A stretch of 64,000 nucleotides of DNA from the NCBI GenBank assembly GCA_040954595.2, contig CM082588.2, positions 1,991,027 to 2,055,026 of the forward strand, written 5' to 3'. Origin of the DNA: Balanoglossus misakiensis. Its lineage: Eukaryota; Animalia; Hemichordata. This document shows, in pieces, positions 37,610-51,345 of the stretch. The position numbers and the translations under genes are program-made. Position 1 is the stretch's first letter, and each line of letters starts with the position of its first letter. The notes under the pieces were generated by a model. It was not told the origin of the DNA. It searched no databases and was given only the letters and a program-made list of their open reading frames with translations.

Positions 37610-37625
37610 AGGTCACAAGAGGTCA
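37610..37625. promoter_or_regulatory. Perfect DR4 nuclear-receptor response element
   Basis: AGGTCA-caag-AGGTCA, ~365 bp upstream of the MAM gene start codon. Function is untested. Confidence 0.45.
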
Positions 37626-39181
37626 GTGGTGGAATGGTGGTTCTTCCACAAGTGGCAAGACACTTGTGATCCCAGCGTTACTTGATCTGAAATGACTCGT
37701 GTGAGAATTTCCTCAAACGTGCTATGATGACCCCTGGGGGTGACCCTACGCTTCCTTTATCCTCAGTGTCAGTTATCTGTGAATATTTTACCTTTCAAGG
37801 AAGTGTGGGCTGCCTGGTGTTAATAAAGGATACGTGTGCTATTGTTCTCGGTTGTCCCGTTTCACGCTACAATGAACTCACTTTAAAAAGCAAATATACA
37901 TAAGGGATTTCACGCGAACGCCCTTTCCCTTTTTTTTTCTGCCGAAAATAGCCGAAAGTTGAAAAGTCTGGCTCCGCGTGGGCGCTCAGGTCACATGTAT
38001 AGCGTTGTCCGCCCAGGTTGAAGCCCTATAATAACAAAGCAAATATCTGATGTGCCCTTGTGGGTATAATACCTTGTTATCTAAGGGTGGGGCGAGGGGA
38101 TTCCCAATGACGTCATGGCATGTGCCTACGAGAGCACCTGTCTACTTGAACTCGCAGACAGTAGACATCTTTCAATAGGCGATTTCTACAGCCTTACTTT
38201 CTTAATTGTGTCTGCATGGACCTTAAGCCTCTGACACTGAGTACAGCTCGAGCTCAAACGACGCCTTAGAGCATATTAGAAGTAGCACTTGTTAAGTTGA
38301 ATGGCTGAGGTTAATACAATGTTAGACTAGAATGTACTGATACAATTTGTATTCAATATACGTTTAAAACGCTTCGTGACCAGAAGACAGTGCGAACACC
38401 GAAGGACAGTGGTGGGAAGAGACTCTCAGTCCAAGACCAAACCTTGATCTGACGTGTTGTTATGTAAAATAAGAATAAGTACACTTCCGCTGACGCATTG
38501 AGTCATTCTTCTTGTTCACATACCAGCGAATTTGGTTTTGGAAGGTCGGAGTTGCCAGCATTTGACATGAATCCGGTTATAATCATCGCTGTTTCTATTG
38601 AAGTTGTTTATGCTATTCTGTTTCTAAGGATGCTGAATCACGTTTATTCATCAAATTCCGTGCCTTGGGTGTGTGGGGGGTGTGATTGTATTCATATGCA
38701 TCTTTCAACAAGAACTGCAAGAGGACAATTCTTACATTTGGAAGTTCATGTGTGGAGTTCACACCAAAGTCATTTGTACCAATGAAAACAAAGGCAGTTG
38801 CGGTATTCACGTTAGGGGGCGACAGACATTCACAAAGACATCTGTAGTCCCAATCAATCTTTTTAAAAACTCTTCATTCATTTAAATGTAAACGGATACT
38901 TGAATCTGTTGGCAGTGCCAATTTGTTAAAAAATAACAGTTCCATGTCGGTACTACAGTATCTCTATAGTGTATCATATTTACAAGTGTTACACAGTGAA
39001 AGCTATGTTACAACACTCTGAAGTCAAACTCCAATGTTACCAGATGATTCCATTCGCGTACACCTTGGACAAAGTACAAACAAAATGGTTCATATTATGA
39101 AAGATGGACGCCTTTGCGCAGATAACAGCCCTAGTGTCTCATAGGGGTGGGTGTTATGGTGGGGGGTGTGTGAATCTCCAT

Positions 39182-42100
39182 CTAATCCCACAGTTTAATA
39201 AGCCCATCCCATCCACAGGTAATCACCTTGGACGTCTCATGCTGATGCCAGATGCAGCCAATGCAGACTCCATCATGTGCCTTCAGTTTGCTGTACAGTT
39301 TGGTGCTCTTCCAGTCCCATATGTTCAGTTTGCCGTCCGCGTCCCCACAAACGACATAGCTGTAAACAGAGACAAGCAGTTAGTATCACCTCAAAATACA
39401 CTGCAAGTACTGGCCCAAACATGTATACCAGTACATGAACAGCTTACTACATACAGCTATTAAGATTTCAATCTTTAGTGTAAAAGATGATTCATATCAT
39501 GATATCATTTGTGTAAAAAAACGTGAAGTACCTCATATCTGGTGCGAAATCCATCTGGCACGCATAGCCTGCCACCATGTGGCCTTTGAAAATCTTCTTC
39601 CGGTTCAGTTTGAATCGATTTTGGGCCGAGAATATGACGATCTGGTTGTCCATGGACTGACAACCCAGCCATTTACCTGTAAGATATTGCAACAGTGGGG
39701 CATATTAGAGAGAATCTGGCTGTAAAAGAAATGACTATACTTTCAACTTCGCTGATAATACTGTTAAAGCCAGAGAGACACTGAAAGAGTTATTCCCTTA
39801 CCGTTTGGACTGAGTGTGACGCTTGGCATGGAATGCATGCTGGGTTCAGCTATGTACTTAAAATCCACCGGAATATCCCACTCCCAAACACGCAGACTTT
39901 TGTCATCGGACGTAGAAACAAAGCGTTGGTTTTCGTCCACAAATGTGATTGTGTTGACAGCACCCAGATGCCGGTCGTACTCCTGGACAACTTCACCAGA
40001 TGTGATGTCCCACTGATGTAAATAAAAACACACAAATAAACATGATAAGTTTCAAGAGGTAATTAAGTTTAGGGGGCAATTGATATTATCATTGTACCAT
40101 CACCATAATTGGTCTGAAGATTGTGAAAATGTTTCACTTTACCTGGACAATTTTCTTGTCAGACATGCCAGCAACAAACAGGTTCTGCTTGTCTTCAGCT
40201 GGGTTGAATTTCACGCAGTATGGCACTTTGCGATTTGTAAACCTTGATATGCACTGACCTGAAATGAAAAAAAAATTTAAGCTGAAAACTTAATGAGAAA
40301 ACAATGAAACACATTCAAGGAGTTCAGCATTCCTCTCAATAATCGATTTTCATCTGTGTTTTCACCAGTTACAAAGTTTGGTTTTTGAGAGCACACAACT
40401 CACCAGTCTCTGTATCCCACAGCTTGATGTATTTGTCGTACCCAGCACTGAGAAATTTTGTACCGTCATTGTTGAAACAGGCGTCTCGCACAGCTTGCTT
40501 GTGGCCGAGGAAAGTTCGCAGTACTCTCCGGTCATTGTAAAACTCCCAAAGCTGAAATAAAAGAGAAAGTCCAGAGTTTCAATCTGTGCCACATTGTTCA
40601 TTTTTTTGTATAACAATATTCATACTCTAAAACTGTTTATTTCAGACCAGCTGAGACCCACCTTGATTTTTGTGTCCATTCCGCAGGACAACAGCAAGTG
40701 ACCCGATTTGGGGAACAGTCGGATCGCTGCCACACCTTTGGTATGCCCTGTCCAGGTGTGGATGTGTTTCTTGGGAATATAGCATTTTTCCGGCGGTTCC
40801 TGGGAGAGAACGTTTGTTTCCAGATCTTGTGGTACGTGCAGGTATGACCGGCCTTGGTAGTCATAAGCATCTTTGACTGTTCACAAAGGAAGACAAGAAA
40901 GAAAGGTGATTCAGGTGAATCACAAGGCCATGATTGGCCCTCCACTCAGAAACATTCTATATCTTCTTGGAAACAATGTGCTTGGTAAGGACTAACAGCA
41001 GTTGAATTTTGATTTTTTAGGTCTCTGTATCTTACCATGAAGTGTAGATTTCTCCTCCACTGGTTTGTCATCTGTCTGTCTGCCTTTTTTACTCCTTTTG
41101 GCCAAAATCTCATCAAGTTCTTCTTGTTCTGCCTGAAAAATGTAAAACAGTTACTTTCACAATTATCATACATGTACCTGCAAAATCAACGACACATGGG
41201 GAAGCTTACACTCAGGCTTACTTGGATTTATTTAAAAAGTTCTTACCTCTGATGGTTTCACATTTCTCTTCTCATCAACATATTTTGCCCAGGGCCCTTC
41301 ATAACCCTCAATATCGGATGGATCGTTAGCTTTAGCCTTTTTTCTCTTGTCTCCTGCTCTCTGTTTTGTACTTTCAAACACTGTTCTACCTGAGAGAGAG
41401 AAATAAATGCAAATATGATAACAACATGTCGAAATGCATTTACTACATAAAGCACTGCATTGGAGTGTCTATTACTTTTACAAACAACAATGAAAACTTT
41501 GCACAAGATAAAAAATGCTCACACATACCTTCTGTTTTCTCTGCTTCTTCCAAGCTGCCCACCATCTGAGATCCTTCTGTGCCACCACCATCAACTGATG
41601 GATCTAATGCATACCCTGTAAACATATCAACATCCTGATTATTGAACTTCCATCAGTAGCCACACTTCTATTGTGGAAATAGTTATGGACCAAACAATGG
41701 TGGTAAAAGGTTAAAATAAAGGATAACTCTCTCTGTTGCTCACCATAACTTGTGAATGTCCTCCTCTGTGTTTCAAATGTGAACTCATTAAAATGTGCCG
41801 GTTCTATGTGGCCTGCCAAGGAATTTTTCACCGCAGCCTGCTGTCTGGTTTTAAAAGGATTTGCTGGACCAACCTTGAAGGAACAAAGATGAAAATGATT
41901 TAATTGGCAAAATATTGTATATGACGATATCCCAACTTACTCTGCCCTCTTCCACAATGACAAGGCCAGTGCCATCAAGGGTGAAAAACATGTGTCAGGA
42001 AATATCGACTTACCTGTGGTGCAAACAACTGCTCGTACTGTGGGTTGTACATCACTTCTTTTTTACTTGGATCAATGTGTTGAACTGTGTCTATAGACTC

Positions 42101-42672
42101 CTGATAAGTAAAGGAGAAAATACCAGTTATAGTCTCCCTGTTATGGCAAAGCCACCACTTTCGTGCTGGTGACACCACATCACAGCTTACAGACAAGTCT
42201 GACTGGGTTGCTATTGATACATGTACCAACGCATGATCAACGTCACTCAACATGCGAACCACTTATCGCTACAATCATTGAATGAATTCAGTGACTTCTG
42301 TACCGTTTCTCGTGGTTTTGCCTGGTGTTAGGGGTTGAACGTCGCCACGATTCCACCATAACACCAGGCGGGGAACCTCAAGTAACTGTTTCTCTGGTCT
42401 GGACAATGAATAAATAACGTACGACGTCAAACTGCATGCTACGGAACTGAACCCCACATGTACAAGTACAACAATAACTCACGCACCTTCAGTTCCACGA
42501 GTGGGGCCGCGTTCAACTGTAGTCGGCTTTGGAGGGATTGTACTGATTTCCCTTTCTCTAAAGGTTTTAAGTGATCGGTGGGCCCCGATTTAGGCTCTTC
42601 ATTCGTCTCCGAATCGCTCTCATCGCTGCTTTTATCACTGTCGTACGCCTGTAACGCAGAGATCGCCGCCAT
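39182..42672 (-). CDS. CDC40: Pre-mRNA-processing factor 17 (PRP17), WD40 spliceosomal protein, 12 coding exons
   Basis: Exons 42672-42487, 42100-42014, 41873-41744, 41615-41529, 41389-41247, 41132-41036, 40876-40662, 40551-40404, 40258-40143, 40012-39802, 39676-39532, 39359-39182. Diagnostic peptides: [86 protein letters not shown]. Confidence 0.97.
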
Positions 42673-42880
42673 ACTTTCGAAGTTTTACAAGTGCGCCACT
42701 CACGGTGACATTCATGATTTGACCTTTTACCCTTTGGCCTATATCCAAATCGAGGTTGGGGTCGGCCATATTTGAGTAGGATTTGTCTTCCTGGTAGGAT
42801 TTCCTTGAAGAGAAAAACACCGCATTTCTTCACACTTTAAGAGCAAATGCTGCCATCGAATGAGTTAAATACATAGCTAG
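42673..42880. promoter_or_regulatory. Compact bidirectional promoter with probable non-coding first exon of WASF
   Basis: CDC40 ATG at 42672 (minus). Strong plus-strand donor AG|GTGAGT at 42880/42881 and acceptor TTACAG| at 43645, just upstream of the WASF ATG. Confidence 0.65.
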
Positions 42881-43668
42881 GTGAGTAATTCACGTTGTTG
42901 GAAATGTCATGTTGGAATTCTTAGTTGTTATTGCCACATTCCGCCAGTAAAAATATAGTCTTCACACGTACACACACACCCACTGATGATATGGACTCAC
43001 AGGAAATCGACCTGACCGTTCATTAGTTTTCCACCCATGGGTTGGGTCAGTAGAGTTCCTTGTTAAACTGTCGAAAAGTATACACCATGGGAAACATAAA
43101 TTCTTGTGCTAACAATCTGGCAAATGATCACCGTGAGACAGACCACGCAATTCGACTGATCGTCGTGTTTTTGTGCAGTGATCGTATGTTTATTTCAACG
43201 CGATTCACATAACTCGGCTACTGTGTACACTGAATCCATCGATTATAACAACAACGATCGAGGATAGTAAACAGCTTGGAGGGGGCCCATCTTCATGTTT
43301 GGCACAAGGCCAGGGTTTTGTTAATATGATTGATCTTTTTATCATGTGATTCGGATGATATAATTCACTGTCATTTGCAACAAATTATTCCGTGATCTCA
43401 GCTGGCGGTGTCATATGTAGTCAAATGAATGACTCCTTTCAAATGAAAGGCGGAAGTGTTTTATATATGCGGTATAAAAATGTAAGCCGAATGGTATCAA
43501 CTCATAAGTGCATAATCTCAAAAAAAAAAATGTGATTGAAACAGACTTCCCCATTAAAAAAATCACAATTACTGTACACCTTGAATGTGAAGGTCATCGT
43601 AGTTGTTGCCTTGTATTTATGTTTTGTGTCGTTTTTGAATTACAGTCATGTAAACAAAGTGAAGCAAG

Positions 43669-45782
43669 ATGCCATTGATCAAGCGACAGGTGGAACCGGT
43701 GCACATAAGCCGGGGCATTGTATCAGCCAACATCACAAATGAACTAGAGTGTGTCACAAACAACACACTTGCTGGTGTCATCAAACAACTCAGTAGTCTC
43801 AGCAAGCATGCCGAGGATCTCTTTGGAGAATTGTACACAGAGGCAAATGCCATCTTTGGGAGAACCAACTCCCTTCAAGACAGAATCGAGAGGTTGTCGG
43901 TCAAAGTGACCCAACTTGATTCAACAGTTGAGGAAGGTACAGATGGTTCTTTTTTGTTTTGCTCTGTTTGTGTGAATTTGTTTGTTTGTTTGATTGATCG
44001 CTCTCCTAAAATTTACCACTATATTTTCTCTCTCTCAGTTTCCCTGCAAGATATCAACATGAGGAAAGCATTCAAGAGCTCTGTTCATGCTGATCAACAA
44101 GTTGTGGCCAGAAGCAGCATGCCGTCTGCAATGGCGGAAATTTACACTTACTGCGACAGACCACCAGCACTCAATGATCTCACAAAATACAGGTAGGCAG
44201 AATGAGAAAATTCATCAGAATTAGTTCACTAGTTTATCACCAAATTTATGTCACAGTTAAACACGACCAACTCACTGGTTTGATAATGTTACTAAGGAAG
44301 TATCTGAATTGAAATAACACAGTAGTGTGTGTAATTAATTATTCTTTGGTGACAGGTCTATCAATGACAGGTTTCCTTGTCGACCCAGCCATAGGGTGTT
44401 GTTAGTACGTGCATAAAGAAGAGGTCAGAGGTCGCTGACAAAGAATGTGGTTTATAGTTCGCAATGTCAGTTGTTCTGTCACTCAGTGATAACACTGTGA
44501 CCTTTGACCCGTTTTCATTGCAGAGATGACGGTAAAGATGGGCTGAAATTTTACACAGATCCAACATACTTCTTTGAATTATGGTGCAAGGAGATCAACC
44601 AGCAGACCGCAGATTTGGCAAAGAAAAAGAAGAAGAAGGTAGGTTTCCACTCTGCCTAAATTTCTCTCACATTATTGCAATTCTCCTTACAGTAATGTTA
44701 ATCACATTCCAAGTTTGCCAAGTCCATTTTTAGCTTTCAACTGAAGTTAATGTTCTTCTATCTTCCAGCAAGGACGACCAGACCCCGACCGTTCTCTTCA
44801 GGTGCGGAAGCCAAAACAACGAAACTACAACGATCAGAGGCATGGTAAGGAGCTCAGTGAGCAGCCCAGTAGTCATCCCTCGAGCATAGCCTCGGACACT
44901 CCAACCCGGCGTATCAGTCTGGATTTCCCGGAGTCCGGCTCAGATGGTGGCTCCTCGCAGAACTTGACTCATCCGGAGTACAATGAATATCACGAGTCGC
45001 TGGAAAAAAGAATGAGGTTACGGGAGTCTCATAAAAAGCCAGTGGCTCCTCCGCCCCCTCCCCCTCCCACTGGTAACTTTAACGGACCCCCGATGCCCCC
45101 TTCTCCTCCCCCTTATCCGCAAGATGGGTGGCACATGGGCAATGGAAGGATAAGCACCATAGATGACCTGCCTCCTCCACCACCACACTTGACTGGCTCC
45201 ATGCAGCCACCACCGCCACCGCCACCTCCCCCAGTGCCAGACCTCACGGGGCCGATGCCAAAGCCAATGAGTGCATCTCCCCCCATGGCCGGTGCCCCTC
45301 CTCCTCCACCCCCTCCCCCACCCCCAGGTGGCCTGCTGTCAGGCGCCATCCCTGCCGCACCACCGGCTCCCAAGCAGGGTGTGACATCGCCAGAGGTGAA
45401 GTCTCCCACCAAGCCCAAGGAGGCCCCCAAAGTGGAGGACAACGGCAGGAATAATTTACTGGAGGCTATTAGGACAGGTAAGTGCAAGCTAACACGTCAT
45501 TCCTTGTGCCTCCTGCAGATATTCTCTGTCAGCTGGCCTATATATGTACACTTGCATATTCCTGTTTTGTTTTATATTCCAAGATAAACTGACATTAACT
45601 GTCTTTTGTCACAATTTGCAGGAATTCAACTCCGAAAAGTTCAAGTACAGCAGGAAGAGAATGATCGGAAGCACTCGGTAGCCCCCAACTCCGTGGAAGC
45701 TATCCTGGCCAGACGAATCGCCGTGGAGATCAGCTCGGATGAGTCTGATGGGTCATCAGAATTCGACGATGATTGGGATTAG
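43669..45782 (+). CDS. WASF1: WASP-family verprolin-homologous protein (WAVE/SCAR), 5 coding exons
   Basis: Exons 43669-43936, 44039-44192, 44524-44638, 44769-45477, 45622-45782. [67 protein letters not shown]; poly-Pro region; WH2 [18 protein letters not shown]; C/A region ILARRIAVE...DDDWD. It is a WASF1/2/3 co-ortholog; the paralog number is not resolvable. Confidence 0.96.
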
Positions 45783-48238
45783 CTTTGCAGTGATGTCAAG
45801 GAAATAATATGAAGGTCAAATATCATTACTGAACAGTGACATCCATTGTGGATGTCCCAGATAACAGACACTGAAAATATATACAGTGTTTACTTACTTC
45901 CTGGGGTTTTTTGTTTCTGAAGTTAGAGAATTTGTACAATTTATAGCACATACCAGAGACTCAATCTCTACTAAACTATGGGAAGTTTCTCTCTATAAAT
46001 CAGGCTTATCGGTTATTTTATGGATATTTCCTCTAGGATATATACTTTGTAATATTTCTTATAAAAAAAAAACAATTTCTTTCCCATCTGTAATTATGTA
46101 ACTGTAAAGAATGAAAACCAAATTTTTTTAGGACTTGTACCCAGACCTTTTCTACATTTGGATCCGATTATATCGTGTCTACTTTTTATTAACATAGCAG
46201 GGTAGCTTGTGACTCTGTTGAATAAAGGGTTGAATGTTTGCCATAATGAGATGCTGATAGATAACTTGTATAGAAAACAACAACAATGAATCTATTGTTG
46301 TGATTTTATTTTTAGTTCAGTGTGTCAAATATAATTGGTGAAGTGATGTCACATTTTGGTGATCCTGGGAAAATTTGTGTGTGTGTTTGTATTTACTTAA
46401 CTTCTGCGAAATGTCAAACCTGATATATTAGATTTGCGAGCAGAATGTTGAAACTGGTCGCCAGTTGAGTACTGTTAAACTGGAAATTTTTATGGACTTG
46501 GCTGGAGCGAACATTTCCCGTTTTACAGTATCTTGAAGTGGCTACTCTGCAGTGAAGTGGCATACTCTGACTACTGCATTGGTTGCGTGGATACCAGATG
46601 TGAAAGAAGTCACATGATGGCAACATGGACAAATGCAGAAGAATTTCACACCTACAGAGAAATGCTGTATTTCTGCATTCATTTGCTCTCATCCTTTTGT
46701 TTGTACCACTTTCAATTCAAAGTCATGGTTCTGTAACTTTCACTAGCAGACAGTTGATTGGTCAAGACTGTGTGTGACTGGTTGCCTGGCCTATCAGGAG
46801 AGCCGCTTTTATCATGTGACTGCATTCATTAATATTCATCAATCTCCTGACCAATAAGAGCTGTTGTGTGAATGACATGCTCAGTGGGATGTTTATTTGA
46901 ACTCAGCCATCTTTGAATGGTAATAAATAAATAGAGTAGCGAAGTAGTTAGCCAATCAATATATTTTTCTAAAAAGAAAATTGAAACAGGAAAGAGGGGC
47001 ATAAACATGCAAACAAAAAACCAACATTCCTGGGTTGCTTGAGTCATGTAAAAAGCTGTAGAATAGTTTGTGATATTCACTTTTCAATGTCTTTTCCACA
47101 AAATTGTTGTGTATCATTAAGGCCATTGCAACAGACTCTTGCCATGATAGCTTGTACACAGTTTGAGTCACAATTGATCATGTTTGTTTGGTGTGTTATA
47201 CCAGTACATGTATTCAGCCTGTTCACAACTTACATGGTAAAAGCGCTTTGTTTGCATACACAATTCTGTATAAAAATATGTATAGTTTATTCTACATAAT
47301 AACCAGAATTTCACAAAATTTTGGACACACTCTGCAGCTGTGTGTTGCTGTGGTGAATTTTGAATGGTATCAATCTTTTTTTTTCAGTTTCAGCAAAGTT
47401 GTTTTTACCTCACTCTGTCTCTGCCATTGTTCTGCATGATTTGCTCTGTACATATGTATAAATTCCAGTCCTTGTCAAGGTCACATTGACCCAGCAGTCA
47501 TATCATATTTTACAATTTTCCCAAATTTTGTAACAGTCAAAGGAGTTGTGGGTAGTACAGGGTTTAAACACGGATGTGTATTGCGAATATCTGACATTTG
47601 TATTCTGCATTTCCTGTTGAAATTAGCCACACTCTATGAAGGGTTATCACGTTACACAAAAAAGACGGGAAATAGGGATTTTCAGTTTCATTACAGAACC
47701 ATTGTCAGAGGGTATGCTCATTTAAAACAAAAACGAATGTCACAAATATTCTTGTCAAGGCTAAAAAAAATGTTTATTTCAGTTAATTGTTATATATCCT
47801 GCATTTTTCTTTCTATTTCCTCTGAAGGCAGTTATTAGTTTTTATCCGTTTTCATTTCAGCCGTATTTTTTACTGTCCTATGTCTAGAGCTCTGTAATGG
47901 TCCTGTCCTAATATCTTCTCTCAAATTTGTTGTATTATACAGATTAATATACCAATAAAATTTCAATTTATGACAGAATATTGTGTATTGAACCAGAGAG
48001 ACATGGACACACACAGACACAGACAGACGATGTATGTACGGACAATTATTCCCTCTGGGTGTCTGTCCAATGAAATTCGACCATTTAATCCAAGTCCGGC
48101 GTAGACGTGACTTGCTTAAGAATGATGCGAGTTCAGCATTCCATCTATTGCAGAGTCCTGCGCATTTTCTCCCCATATCCGTCAGAGCCCGGAGTATTCT
48201 TGATCTGAAACTGGGAAGGTCCGAATTTCCTCCACACG

Positions 48239-49730
48239 ATGGGAGCCCCATGGCTACCTCTACTCGGCTGGGGGTTGTCTGTTCTGGCGATCGTTCTCTA
48301 CGTGGTATCGACGGCGACGGAGTCTTGGGCTGTGACACAACTGGTGTCGTTCATCGGATCGACGAGTAGCAGCAGGTCCATCGGCCTGTGGCGGTCCTGC
48401 GCCACTTCCAGCGGGCTCAACTTTTGCCTCAGTCTCGGAATCGACGGCGTGACAGGTAGGGAATCTCCCCGCCAACCCGGTATTCTATCCGTATCAAACA
48501 CTGGTAACAAACTGCTTTTTCCCACCCGACTAACTTCCACTCGCACTTCGGATCGCTTCTAACCACACCGAGAAAAACTTTTTTTTTTAAATAAAGCGTG
48601 AATGTACAAGAAGACGATCTATGCTTGGAAGTATTAAAGTCTGTGCTTCGTTTTGCTTTAGATTTCGGACCAGGGTAATTTAGCCTATGGCCATAAAGGA
48701 AACGACTGTCATTTTGTGGGACAGACTCTTTTCGGTGAAGTTTTGTCTTGTTAGTCATTTTAGGTTGATATACGAGAAATATTGTTTTCTTCACAAGTTG
48801 CAAACAACAGAATGTTCAAGGCCAGGCTTTTCATTGTGCTGTCAACCACTCGCGATGTTTTGTCAAAGGTTGAACCACTACAATACACCAGCAAGTTTCC
48901 GACTTTCCGTTGCCAATCCGGCGTTTCCGATCCTCGAAATTGTGCAGCGAACCCGAGTGGGTGTTTGTGCTAACACTGTGTAGCAATGAATGGTGCCATG
49001 TTGTCCTAAGAGTGAAACCTAATTCGTGTCCTGTCATGGTGAATGCACACCTCTGTGATGCTCTAATATCTTCTGCAAATGTAGGAGGGATCATTTCCAA
49101 AGGAACAGAACTATTAGGGTGATAAAAATAGATGCGTGGCAGGCATGCAACCATGATAGGGAAAGCCATTCTCGCGAGCCAGAGTCTACCGGCCTCGCTC
49201 GTCTTCAGGCAACCCAGAAACTGCCGGAGGTCGCGGTTTACGACGATGAGGAAACACAACTATCATTTAGCAATGTGTGTTCATTTTCCCAACAGCCGCT
49301 GTTCACTTCACCCGTTTTGCCACCGTCACCTCCGTCTTGATTCTGGCGGCGTCGCTGACAGTTCCTCCGCTAGTGTACTTCAAGAAACTCGATAAGAAGT
49401 TTGGCAAGGTTGCAAGTTGTCTAACCCTAGGGACGGGTAAGTGTCTAGCGTCCAGATGAAATTAGGTAGCCGTTGGCTCTTGGGAACACTGAAACTAGTG
49501 TTACTAACCTCGCGTTCTGTTTTCTTTAATTTGAAGGTATACTGTTTTCGCTGGGTACTATTGCATTTGCTGTGTGGCAATCAGACGCCTACCCTGGTTA
49601 TCGCTTTGGATATTCCATCATCCTGGCTTGGCTGTCAGTTCCGCTGGCCTTGATTGGGGGCGCACTAATACTCATCGGAGTGACGAAGACACCTGTTGAG
49701 TTCCTGGGCCAGGACATGTCTCTAGCTTGA
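48239..49730 (+). CDS. Claudin/PMP22/EMP/MP20-family tetraspan protein, paralog A (3 exons)
   Basis: Exons 48239-48455, 49296-49436, 49537-49730. Signature W..GLWRSC..C in the first loop, four hydrophobic segments, FGYSIILAW before TM4; TACTAAC branch point at 49502. Confidence 0.88.
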
Positions 49731-51345
49731 GTTTATGCGTTTAAATCGTTCTCCGGATGGTGTTGCTAAACTTTCAAAGGCCGAAGAAGTCAATTTGTCA
49801 CCAACGAACACAGGAGCCGAGTCTCAGAAGCTGCCGGTAATGATATAATACCAGTGCGGCCCCGGCAGTCTTGAAACTTCGAACGCACATTGGCCTGTTT
49901 TATTCTTCTCTGGATATAGCTGCATGAAAATACCTTGTAAATAATATCATATCCTCAAAGAGTGTTAACCATAATAGTGTAAATAGCTAGTCAGTCAGTC
50001 AGATTCATTTGATGATGACTTCGCATATATAATTTATTCCATTTTTGCAAATTTTACGGGAAAATTTAAAGAAATATATATCGACATTTGTAACATAGTT
50101 TTCTATTTTCACATATTTAATGACTTTATTTCTAACGTATATCTTGTCGAAATTTACACGATATTCTTGTATTAAATTATCCTTCCCTTCGATCACCGTG
50201 CACCGCAATGGATGCAACCCTGACAGAAAACACGGACTGTTTTCACTTTCAAAAGATCGATTCCATTGAGTGGAGGGGGCCGAGCATTATACAATGTCGA
50301 ATGCGTAACCTCGACAGTGGATAGTATTGTGATTCCTAATGAGGCATGCACAATGAAAATAAAAAACAACTAAATTCTCACACATCCGGGCTATTTGAAG
50401 TGTTTATAGTGTAAAATGAAAACTAAAACTAACGAACTGCTTGAAAAGAGCTAAGAATATCATGCAGATGTCTTTGGCAAGGCTTTACGCGTCAAGCTGA
50501 CTTTTAATTCCTCGCCATTCATAAATATGGATTCCTTCATGACCTCCTTGTGTGGCTTGACGTCGCAGACCTAATGAACTTCCCATTGTGGAGATCTGAT
50601 GTCGCCGCCCGGGCGGTTTAGTGCTGAATCGACAAACAAGTTCGCTTCACCGCACGCGGCCTCGATTCACGAGCAGTTAGGTCAGGCACCACCATAGAAT
50701 CAATAGTAGTCCTTTTGGTCAAAGTGGGCACACAACAAATAATGGGCGCGCAGAGTCTAATCCAGGTTACTGCAGGCCTACATCCACATGGATATGGATA
50801 TGAAAACTTATATATTTATTTTTTCAAATATCCATGTGTTGCGCCTCTGCTTCATGTAACAATACTCCCTTCCAAGCGTACGTGGCGTGATCTGTCAGGG
50901 TCACATCTGACTGTTATTGATGACGCCATTGTTCCACTTTCACTTAAGCAGAGAGCGCAAACTCGTCCCATATTTTTACCATGGTTTCTACCATGGAGGC
51001 AATAGATTTTACCCCATCGTGACAATGACATATTACTAGTACATGTTAACATCTTTATTCACGATATGCATCGCTGACAACAACCTCTGGTAGGCCTACT
51101 AACGAAATACAATCAAAGAATCACGTGACTGCTTCCCGACCAATCGAATCGACCACTAGTGGTACAGCGAGTCGTCGGATTTGGGTCACTGTAGTTGCGC
51201 GTCGGCAGGCTTGCACAAAACCGTAGCGCAAATCAGCCGAAGCGACTCGGGTTGGACGAATTCGTGTTTAGAGTCCTGGACGAGCAGAGTCACCGCCTGA
51301 CTTCACGAATATCGACAGCCAGACTAACCGTGTGATCGGAAAAAG

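Noticed and set aside
45113-45487. Gly-rich minus-strand ORF
   Set aside because: Antisense of the WASF poly-proline exon.
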